Assembly: GCF_008000775.2 (NCBI RefSeq) | Contig: NZ_CP042905.2 | Span: forward strand, 2,310,001-2,342,000 | Origin: Promethearchaeum syntrophicum | Lineage (GTDB): Archaea; Asgardarchaeota; Lokiarchaeia; Sigyniarchaeales; Promethearchaeaceae | Direction: 5' to 3' | Length of the DNA stretch: 32,000 nucleotides | Shown: positions 1-7,700 of the stretch, piece after piece | Position numbering within the stretch: position 1 is the first letter of the stretch | Layout of the letters: the number at the start of each line of letters is the position of its first letter | Notes under the pieces: model-generated | The model's database searches: none | What the model saw: only the letters and a program-made list of their open reading frames with translations | What the model was told of the DNA's origin: nothing | Made by a program: the position numbers and the translations under genes

Positions 1-375
1 AATTTTTTTTGTAGTATAATCTTCTCCATTTATTTTTCTGGATACTTCAATTAAAGATTCTACAGTTTCTTTTATATCCTTATTAGTAATATCTTGGTTG
101 TTATCTATGGGGTGTAAATAACTTGGAATTTCAAGATATTTGCCGATTTCAACCAAAGTTCGCTCATTATGAAATTCTTGCTTTTTTTGCGTAATTATTC
201 CAGAATCAGTTATTCCGATTTCATTAAAATTGGCAATTAATGATGTATCTAAGAATTTATCACCAATTAGAGCTAAACCTTTAAATTCGGGACCACCCCC
301 ACACGAAGGAGGTCTTATTGCTAATTGAAATAAATCGCTATTTCTATCTAAATTGAAAAATTTTTCTGCTAACAT
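1..375 (-). CDS. RNase III-like domain protein, C-terminus cut off by the window edge
   Basis: Not in the ORF track because it runs off the window. My minus-strand translation from the ATG at 375-373 reads MLAEKFFNLDRNSDLFQLAIRPPSCGGGPEFKGLALIGDKFLDTSLIANFNEIGITDSGIITQKKQEFHNERTLVEIGKYLEIPSYL... 'LALIGDKFLD' resembles the RNase III signature (ERLEFLGDAVL). 'HNERTLVEIGKYLEI' resembles the downstream SNExLA segment. Confidence 0.45.
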   Translation of the reverse strand, partial: MLAEKFFNLDRNSDLFQLAIRPPSCGGGPEFKGLALIGDKFLDTSLIANFNEIGITDSGIITQKKQEFHNERTLVEIGKYLEIPSYLHPIDNNQDITNKDIKETVESLIEVSRKINGEDYTTKKI

Positions 376-625
376 TTGATTTATTACCACTTTTTGTATT
401 GTTTGATATATTTATGTTGTTTATCTTGCAATTTAATTCTTCTATTTTTATGATTGATTAAGATACTTAGGATCTTGATTTTCATAATCGAAATATTCAA
501 TAACACAGTGAATTCATTGAAAACTTTTCTCTCTCCGTATGATTTTTTAAAATTAAACAAAATTAATGCTTTATCCTAAAAATGAAATAAATATATAAAT
601 AAGACAATACAATTTTATTCATAAA

Positions 626-3600
626 ATGCCAAAAAAGAAAGAAAAAAATTCTAATCAATTACCAAATGAAAAATCAGAGAAATGGAAGAATTTTAAAAAA
701 AATGCCGCTAAAGGGCTTAAAACCACATTAAAATGGGCATTAATGATAGGACCTGTATTTATCCCTGCAGCAACCCCTATAAGTGCATGTGTATCTTTTA
801 TTAGTCAATTTCTGTCAAAACAACTTCATATGGAAATTGATGAAAAACAAATTTCTGACAGATTATCCAAAGATACAAATTCCATCTCATCAAAATTGAT
901 TACTTCAGAGATAATTAATCACCTAAAAACTAAAAATAAATCCATAACTAACAAAAAATCTATTGAAATTGAGGATACTCTCATAAAACTCGAAAAATCC
1001 CTTGAATATATCCAAAAAAACCAAGAACGAGATCCTGATTCTTTTAAGGAAGTTTATCAGGGATTTTTAGAAGAGTTAAAAGAGGAAAATATTGAGAATT
1101 ATTCAAAACTACAAAAAGTCATTAGTAAGCAAAATGATTTCTTCGACTCCTTTAATCAAAATATCGTTGGATTTTTAGATGATATAAAACAACCCTTATG
1201 GAATTCAAAATTTCAAAATCAGAAGAAAATTCTGGAGTATACTGATGATGACTTACAATTTTTTTGCCAAAAACAACTCGAAATAGAAGAAATCTCATCT
1301 AGATATGATGAACCATATGATAAGGAGCGTTTTGTCCCAGTACAAAAATTAGAAGACGAGTTTGAACGTTTTTCTAAGAATTTGCAAAATAAAGTCAGTA
1401 AAGAGCGTATTTTCCTAATGTTAGGACATATGGGACTAGGAAAAACATGGAATGCTTCCTATATTGGATATAAATATAATGATCAAATTCCAACCTTTAT
1501 TTTTAATTTAGGAACCGCTTTTGAAACAAAATTTGAAAATTGTTTTGGAGATTTATTTGAAAAGAATCCTTTAGAGAACTATTTCAAACGTAAAACTTCA
1601 AACCAATATGGGGAAAAATTATTACTTATTTTTGATGGTTTTGATGAAATTCTACCAAATGAACGTGAAGATATTTTCAATTCAATTATTAATTTGGTTA
1701 AAACGAATCCCAACAAATTAATTATCTTCCTAACTTCACGTCTTGTAGACTGGATTCATACCCCAGTTGTATATTCAAAAGCACGGTCTTATCGAAATTA
1801 TATTTTTCAAAATCAACAATTTGATTCTTTTGAAGATATTTCTATACCGACTGGGGCAAGTTTTATTCTTTCTGATATAAATGATTCCACTTTCCTTAAA
1901 GAAATTACCTCAAAGTATGAAATTGATTATGATTTGATTCAAAACCCTAAGATAAAAATTCTTTTACATAAACCCTTTATTGTTAAACTAATTTCTTCGC
2001 ATAATCCCGACCTAGCCTATCAAGATTTTAATCCTCAAGATGATAAATGGTTCCAAATTTTTGCAGGTCCTAAAAAATATAACACAATTCTGCATCGAAT
2101 GGGAATCCTTGAAGCTGTCGAAAATACATTTCAAGATTTAATCTGTATGATTGGAGATCCATATACTCCAATTTTGGAACAAGAATTGAGGGAGTTTATT
2201 AAACCAAATCAAATCCATTGGGATATTATATTTTCTAGTGGAATTATTAAGAAACGCCAAAAAAACCTTCAAAATGAATTTTATTTCCCTGACGAATATC
2301 AAGATTTCATCGAAAGATATATAACGGAATTAAAAGGAATATTTCATGAAAATGTCATTTGTAAAGCGGATGTTTATGCGCTCGAATCAATTGAAAAAGA
2401 ATTATCAGGCTTCAAAATACAAAATTATACATTTGTCCCCTATAAAGATTTGAATGTTGGATACAAACTAAATAATAAAGGCAGGGTTATTGAAATGTAT
2501 TTAAAAAAACTACAAAATAAATTAAGTTATTTTCCCGAGGGTTTAACTAATCTTATAGAATTAAAAAGATTAAGTTTGGCTAACAATCAAATAGTTAATA
2601 TCCCTAAATCGATCGAAAAATTAAGATTTTTAGAATTTTTAGAGCTTGATAATAATTATATTACTCAAATCCCTCAAGAAATTCAAAAATTAAAAAACTT
2701 AAATCGCATCAGTATAAAAAATAACAATATTCAATTTTTCAAAGGGTGGTGGAATAACCTAAAAAATCTAAAATATATGAATATCAGCAATAATACTAGT
2801 CATATTGAAGGTCATACAATCAAATCAGTTCCGAAAAATTGCTCAATAATTGATGATGGATTTGAAGAAAATTCAGAAATTGTTCTAAAAGATGCTGCTA
2901 TTATTGATTATCTCAATAATTTAAAAAATGAGAATTTTGAAAAGCGCAGTGCAAACTTTAAAGATTTACATTTAATTTCACTGACTCTTAGAAATGCTGA
3001 ATACGATGAATTTAAGGGACTATTTTGGTCATCTGAGAATTTAGCAAGTTTAGAAATCCAAGGCAAATCAGTAAAATTTATGCATAATTCCTCAATTAAG
3101 AAACTTATTTTCAGACAAGATAAAACTCGAGAATTAATGATTGATGAATCGATTTCTCAATTGGAAAGCTTGGAATCGCTTCAAATTTATGGTTATAATA
3201 CCTTAGAACTTCCAGAATCTTTGAAAAAATGTGAAAAATTAAAACAAATTATTATTCAATGCCCAGAACTACAAGTATTGCCACAAATTTTGCTTGAAAT
3301 TAAAAATTTCCATAATATCTTTGTTTCCACTTCAAATATTCCGCTTAATGATATAGATCTTGGAGAATATCAAGATTCAGAGAAATCCCTGATAATTATT
3401 CAATTAAATAAGCAATATAATTTTGCAGACCTACTAATTCCAGAACACATTCACAATTTTTGCTTAATTTCCAGAATTAATATGCCAAAAAAAGTGATTG
3501 TTAAGGGAAAACTTAGAAAATTCTTCTATTTATCGATTAATAAAATTACTATGGATTTTTATAAAAATCTCTCGTTTGGGCATGATAAAAATATTGGAAA

Positions 3601-3877
3601 TTTTTACTTCATCGATTTACGAAGACGCAGTAATCAAATATTCGATTTAGAATGTGATTTCAATACCTTAGAATATTTTTTAATTTCACACCTTGGTCTA
3701 AATCATCTACCTGATTGGATGTTCTCTTCCCAAAATATAATTAAAGTTAAAATACATCACGGCGATATAGGGAAGTCCTATGATCAAATCTTTCAATCTG
3801 TTGAAAAAGGAGTTTTCCACTTCTTTGTTCAAAACGGATGCAGAATTCCGGAAAATATTGGTAGTTTTGTAAAATAG
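626..3877 (+). CDS. NLR-like STAND NTPase: N-terminal hydrophobic segment + coiled-coil region, NACHT NTPase, C-terminal leucine-rich repeats
   Basis: 1083-aa ORF. Hydrophobic stretch WALMIGPVFIPAATPISACVSFISQFL (aa 37-63). Walker A GHMGLGKT (nt 1424-1447). Walker B LLLIFDGFDE (nt 1619-1648), which has the NACHT-type hhhhDGxDE form. LIIFLTSR motif. LRRs such as LTNLIELKRLSLANNQIVNIPKSIEKLRFLEFLELDNNYITQIPQEIQKLKNL from about aa 635, with further degenerate LRRs toward the C-terminus. TATA-like aaatatataaat lies ~30 nt upstream of the ATG. Confidence 0.85.
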   Translation: MPKKKEKNSNQLPNEKSEKWKNFKKNAAKGLKTTLKWALMIGPVFIPAATPISACVSFISQFLSKQLHMEIDEKQISDRLSKDTNSISSKLITSEIINHLKTKNKSITNKKSIEIEDTLIKLEKSLEYIQKNQERDPDSFKEVYQGFLEELKEENIENYSKLQKVISKQNDFFDSFNQNIVGFLDDIKQPLWNSKFQNQKKILEYTDDDLQFFCQKQLEIEEISSRYDEPYDKERFVPVQKLEDEFERFSKNLQNKVSKERIFLMLGHMGLGKTWNASYIGYKYNDQIPTFIFNLGTAFETKFENCFGDLFEKNPLENYFKRKTSNQYGEKLLLIFDGFDEILPNEREDIFNSIINLVKTNPNKLIIFLTSRLVDWIHTPVVYSKARSYRNYIFQNQQFDSFEDISIPTGASFILSDINDSTFLKEITSKYEIDYDLIQNPKIKILLHKPFIVKLISSHNPDLAYQDFNPQDDKWFQIFAGPKKYNTILHRMGILEAVENTFQDLICMIGDPYTPILEQELREFIKPNQIHWDIIFSSGIIKKRQKNLQNEFYFPDEYQDFIERYITELKGIFHENVICKADVYALESIEKELSGFKIQNYTFVPYKDLNVGYKLNNKGRVIEMYLKKLQNKLSYFPEGLTNLIELKRLSLANNQIVNIPKSIEKLRFLEFLELDNNYITQIPQEIQKLKNLNRISIKNNNIQFFKGWWNNLKNLKYMNISNNTSHIEGHTIKSVPKNCSIIDDGFEENSEIVLKDAAIIDYLNNLKNENFEKRSANFKDLHLISLTLRNAEYDEFKGLFWSSENLASLEIQGKSVKFMHNSSIKKLIFRQDKTRELMIDESISQLESLESLQIYGYNTLELPESLKKCEKLKQIIIQCPELQVLPQILLEIKNFHNIFVSTSNIPLNDIDLGEYQDSEKSLIIIQLNKQYNFADLLIPEHIHNFCLISRINMPKKVIVKGKLRKFFYLSINKITMDFYKNLSFGHDKNIGNFYFIDLRRRSNQIFDLECDFNTLEYFLISHLGLNHLPDWMFSSQNIIKVKIHHGDIGKSYDQIFQSVEKGVFHFFVQNGCRIPENIGSFVK

Positions 3878-4199
3878 TACCCAGACGGAAAAACCAGAGC
3901 TGTAAGGCAACGCCAAACCAGAAGGCGATAAGTAAAGAAGAACTTAAAAAACAAATAACTAAAAATGTTGAAGAAAAAGTCAAAGTCGAATACAGAGAGA
4001 AATTTAAAAAATTCTAAATTTACTGCTTTGGATGCTCTTTTCTAGTTTTGATAATCAAAACACTCACAACTATCCCTGCAACTATCCAAAATTTCCATCC
4101 GAAAGAAATTGATTCGCTTTCTTCAGGATTCTCAAGTTCATCAGTGTCATAAATATTGTAAGTTTCATTGCTGTAGGTATTATTGATGTATTGTTATAT

Positions 4200-4412
4200 C
4201 TAAAAAGGAAGGGAAAGAAAATCACCAAAAAGTCTACTCATACCATCGGTACTTTCGGTTCCACTTTTTGATGTCAGGATTTCCATCCCGATAGTTTGCC
4301 CCAGCGGGGCGTTTCTCTGCCGGATTGTATCCTGATTAAAATTTTCTAATTTCTGATAGGCACCGAATTCAGATAAATCTTCTCCTGTACCAAGGTTTCT
4401 AATACGTAACAT
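4200..4412 (-). CDS. hypothetical small protein (doubtful, possibly a gene remnant)
   Basis: 70-aa ORF in a locally GC-richer stretch with no recognisable motif. The same frame continues past TAG and TAA stops into a hydrophobic C-terminal tail (see findings). Confidence 0.25.
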   Translation of the reverse strand: MLRIRNLGTGEDLSEFGAYQKLENFNQDTIRQRNAPLGQTIGMEILTSKSGTESTDGMSRLFGDFLSLPF

Positions 4413-4465
4413 TATTTTAGATAACCTTTAAGTACCAGTTGATATACAAGTTTATTTTTACCTAA

Positions 4466-4663
4466 TTACTGAAATTTCCAAATATCGATGTTTTTTTCTG
4501 AAAATCGAACTAATACTCCACAATTGGGACATACATCATAATACATTTTAGGTGAACCATAAGTGGTACGTTCAGATATATGATCCCATTCCTTGAATGT
4601 TGATACTTCATTACACACTTTACACTTCATTTTCTGATTTTTATCAATACCCATAACTAACAT
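4466..4663 (-). CDS. small zinc-ribbon protein
   Basis: 65-aa ORF with CxxC...CxxC (KCKVCNEV...VCPNCGV). Divergent from the TIR-LRR gene, 101 nt away. Confidence 0.5.
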   Translation of the reverse strand: MLVMGIDKNQKMKCKVCNEVSTFKEWDHISERTTYGSPKMYYDVCPNCGVLVRFSEKNIDIWKFQ

Positions 4664-4764
4664 TAGATTATAAAAAAATAAAAATTAGAACAATAATAAT
4701 TATTGATAGATTTCAAAAGACAAAAGAGGGAGATTTTATTTCGAGCGGTACCAAACATTCAACT

Positions 4765-5916
4765 ATGAATATTTTTATTAGTTATGCTAGCTCAGATTTA
4801 ACTTCTTTTCGCATCTCGGATATCGCCATTCGTATGGAAAATACTGTGGAAATTGAACGTGTGTTTTACTGGGACCGTGACTCTACCGCTCAGAAATCTA
4901 TCGTCAAATACATGGAAGAATCAATAACGGTTAGCGATGTGATCTTGATTGTCTGCACTGAAGCTTCCAATGAATCTGGACCAGTGCAACAAGAGACGGA
5001 TATGGCAGTATACCTAAATAAACGAATAGTACCAATATTTCAAGATATCAATGATGTTCGCCTAAGTTTACGTCCCAAACGAGGAGTAAAATATTATACT
5101 GATGACTTCGATTCCTTTTTCAAAGAACTTTTCATGGTGGTAACAGAATTATTGCCCGAAATCCCTCAAGAAGAAGAAATTGCCGAATTTCATGGAATTC
5201 CTTTAGCAATAGATGAATATCGGGCTATGAAAAGTTTGGAAGAACAACTAGGGATTATAATTCCACCTATTGAACCCTTTTATAAAAAAAAAAATGTTAG
5301 ATTTTTCACAGATATCGATTATTATCTGAATGAAGATAACTTGAAAAGAGGATTTGGATTCGCTGCAGAAAGAAATCACTTAATCCAACTAAAATTTAAC
5401 CGAGTTCCAGATGAAGATGAGGAAAATCCTCCTATAATAAAATTTTTTCCCGATGCATTAAGTCAGTTATTATATCTCAGAGCTTTGGATCTTAGCTATC
5501 AAAGTATCTCTATAATTCCTAATTTTATCGGAAAATTAACTCAATTGGAGTATTTTAATATAAGAAACAATAAAATCCAAAGATTTCCTAAGATTTTGAC
5601 TCAATTGAAAAACCTCAAATTTTTCTTATTCTCTAATGTTTCTATTGTTGAATATTTAAAAGATGAAATTTTTATAACAAGAAGTAATTATGAAATCTTA
5701 AATTCATTACTAGAAAATCTGTGTAAGTTAGACCTATATATCAATAATATTCCGTATTATTGGTCAAAACTTAAGGCAAAAAATCATTATGCTCATTGTG
5801 TTCATTGTGGTCATAAATTAAATTTCGAATTAAATGATCTTCCCACAAATAATGATAATTTGATGATATGTCCGAAATGTCAAAATGGAGAATTCTATAA
5901 CTTCAGTATAAAGTAA
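4765..5916 (+). CDS. TIR domain - LRR - C-terminal zinc-ribbon protein
   Basis: 383-aa ORF. N-terminus MNIFISYASSD...VFYWDRD...DVILIVCTEASNESGPVQQE has a TIR-like layout, with a candidate catalytic Glu77 at nt 4993-4995. LRRs LRALDLSYQSISIIPNFIGKLTQLEYFNIRNNKIQRFPKILTQLKNLKFF. C-terminal CVHCGH...ICPKCQ ribbon. Confidence 0.8.
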   Translation: MNIFISYASSDLTSFRISDIAIRMENTVEIERVFYWDRDSTAQKSIVKYMEESITVSDVILIVCTEASNESGPVQQETDMAVYLNKRIVPIFQDINDVRLSLRPKRGVKYYTDDFDSFFKELFMVVTELLPEIPQEEEIAEFHGIPLAIDEYRAMKSLEEQLGIIIPPIEPFYKKKNVRFFTDIDYYLNEDNLKRGFGFAAERNHLIQLKFNRVPDEDEENPPIIKFFPDALSQLLYLRALDLSYQSISIIPNFIGKLTQLEYFNIRNNKIQRFPKILTQLKNLKFFLFSNVSIVEYLKDEIFITRSNYEILNSLLENLCKLDLYINNIPYYWSKLKAKNHYAHCVHCGHKLNFELNDLPTNNDNLMICPKCQNGEFYNFSIK

Positions 5917-6334
5917 ACGATTAAATTTGGCTCTTTTTTTATATTTGACTCAATTGGAGTATTTATATTTAAGAAAAAACAAAATCAAGAGGTTTCCAGA
6001 AATACTATCTCAATTCAGAAATCTAAAAATATTCCTATTCTATGATAATTTGCTATCTGATAATCGCAGTCCCGGTTCCATGACACAAAGTAATTATAAT
6101 ACCTTAAAATTTTTACTCAATAACAAATGCAAGATAGATGATGGGTTTAAAACTATGGTTGCTACCGACTACAGAAAAGTCCATGCATTATATAAAACTA
6201 TCTATTGTATTTTCTGTGGACATGGTTTTAATATATACCAAGAAAATCTTCCAATTAATGCATCAAAGAAATGGATATTATGTCCGAATTGTAACAGCGA
6301 AAAACATTATGAATTCAAAAGTATAGTTGAAGAT
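5536..6334 (+). repeat. diverged tandem duplication of the LRR/Zn-ribbon coding segment (copy 1 ~5536-5913, copy 2 ~5945-6334)
   Basis: At the DNA level, 'actcaattggagtattt' opens both copies, followed by colinear codon-level similarity. The protein alignment is described above. Confidence 0.65.
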
Positions 6335-6337
6335 TGA
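5927..6337 (+). CDS. LRR + zinc-ribbon fragment: truncated tandem paralog of the 3' third of the TIR-LRR gene (possibly a pseudogene)
   Basis: 136-aa ORF with a TTG start, 10 nt after the upstream stop. LTQLEYLYLRKNKIKRFPEILSQFRNLKIFLF...CIFCGHGF...LCPNCN aligns colinearly with aa ~258-383 of the upstream protein. It has no TIR domain. Confidence 0.5.
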   Translation: MALFLYLTQLEYLYLRKNKIKRFPEILSQFRNLKIFLFYDNLLSDNRSPGSMTQSNYNTLKFLLNNKCKIDDGFKTMVATDYRKVHALYKTIYCIFCGHGFNIYQENLPINASKKWILCPNCNSEKHYEFKSIVED

Positions 6338-6566
6338 TTATCAAGTTTTATAACTATTTTTTAGTGTAGCAAAACCTTTTTGTGTTCTTATCTCAAACAA
6401 AATAATGAGGAAATCAAAAGACAAACGAATTTGATATTAAAGGTCTAAAGCAAATATTGAAATTGTTTAAAGTTACTCTCTCAAAAGTTAAAACTGAATT
6501 GAATTTTCTCACTTTATATGGACAAACATCTTATTTTGTGAGATTGTAATTCGTTATATGAATTTT

Positions 6567-6827
6567 TCATTTGTAAACATTTCTTCGATGTCCAATCTTA
6601 ATAATATCAATAATTTTGATTTTTTTACTTATTGTGTATAAAATTCGATAATCTCCTGCTCTCCGTTTAAATACTTTATTAGGTAAATATTTTTTAACAT
6701 TTCCATCATTTTCATAAGGATTTAATTGAATTTCATCTAAAACACGAATAACAGCAGTTTGATTTATTTCATCCAAATTTGAAATGAAATTTTCCCATTT
6801 CCTTGGAATTCGAATTTTCCAAGACAT
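6567..6827 (-). CDS. RelE/ParE-family type II toxin (mRNA interferase-like)
   Basis: 86-aa ORF. RAGDYRILYTISKKIKIIDIIKIGHRRNVYK matches the family hallmark (GDYRI.Y...I..IGHR..VY). TATA-like tttatatataa sits ~24 nt upstream of the ATG on the minus strand (plus 6846-6856). Confidence 0.8.
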   Translation of the reverse strand: MSWKIRIPRKWENFISNLDEINQTAVIRVLDEIQLNPYENDGNVKKYLPNKVFKRRAGDYRILYTISKKIKIIDIIKIGHRRNVYK

Positions 6828-7000
6828 ATGTGTAAGAAGGTAAGATTATATATAAAATTTACCAATGAATTACCATTAAATAATTTAAACGAAATAACTT
6901 TAAATATTTAAATTTATTAAAATAACTTGATTAAGAATACTTAAGAAAAAATAAAGGTAATTTTTGAGGTAAAAAATACCAAAAATAAAGTGAAAATGAT

Positions 7001-7450
7001 ATGCAACAACAAATAAATGAAGAGAAAATACAAAAAAAAGATTATACAATAATTTTACTAAAAAATCATCTTTCTTATGGTGAGATCCAAGAAAAATTAA
7101 AAGAAAAATATGGAACAGGAATGAGTAATCGTGATTTGGGTATGTTGCGTAAAGAAATAAAAGAAAAAACACTTCCCAAAAATCTTGAAACATATCAAAA
7201 CGCTTTTATCAATTTTTATGAGAGTGTTCTAAGTTTAAAATCTTCCATTGATGATTCAGAAATATTAGACGATATTAACGAGTACCATGATCTTTACTAT
7301 GAAACTCGCAAAGAACTAATTATTAAAAATCTCCCCAAAGATTTACGTAACTCAAAAGTTGTTAAATCTATTACAGAATCAATAGACGAATTAAAAAATG
7401 GCGATTTTGTCTATCTTGAAGATTTTAAGAAAAAAATTTCAGTAAAATAA
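7001..7450 (+). CDS. hypothetical protein, possible HTH near the N-terminus
   Basis: 149-aa ORF, charged and helical. LSYGEIQEKLKEKYGTGMSNRDLGMLRKE is HTH-like. A T-run follows the stop. Confidence 0.55.
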   Translation: MQQQINEEKIQKKDYTIILLKNHLSYGEIQEKLKEKYGTGMSNRDLGMLRKEIKEKTLPKNLETYQNAFINFYESVLSLKSSIDDSEILDDINEYHDLYYETRKELIIKNLPKDLRNSKVVKSITESIDELKNGDFVYLEDFKKKISVK

Positions 7451-7457
7451 ATCAATA

Positions 7458-7471
7458 TTTTTGTTTTTTTT
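7458..7471 (+). terminator. oligo-T tract (archaeal-type terminator candidate)
   Basis: tttttgtttttttt begins 8 nt after the stop of the 7001-7450 ORF. Confidence 0.3.
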
Positions 7472-7700
7472 ATATATATCTTTCTACTTTTATTCTCGAT
7501 CTATCGGTGATTTTTTAAGACACTCATAAAATCATATATTATAATATAACCGAAAACGTAACGGGATTTCATGGTTCATTCTGTGCATATATGTAAATAT
7601 ATTAGAGAAATTATTTCATTTATTATGAATTCTTTTTCGATCATCAATTAAATCTATAAATCTCGAAAATAATTAAGTTCAATAATGATATATTAAAAAT

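Noticed and set aside
3707-3983. Two minus-strand track ORFs (69 and 78 aa) overlapping the 3' end of the NACHT-LRR gene
   Set aside because: They are antisense shadows of a strongly supported long ORF, and their sequence is low-information. They are likely artefacts of AT-rich composition.
6138-6326. 62-aa plus-strand ORF inside the 5927-6337 ORF
   Set aside because: It lies out of frame within the LRR/Zn-ribbon paralog, whose frame is supported by homology to the upstream gene.
6340-6566. Downstream antitoxin for the RelE-like toxin (HigBA-style order)
   Set aside because: The only ORF is 17 codons long (MKNSYNELQSHKIRCLSI), overlapping the toxin stop by ATGA. It is too short and featureless to call an antitoxin.
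6900-7193. 97-aa minus-strand ORF overlapping the start of the 7001-7450 ORF
   Set aside because: It is extremely Phe/Leu-rich and low in complexity, typical of antisense reading of A-rich coding sequence. It has no plausible start context.
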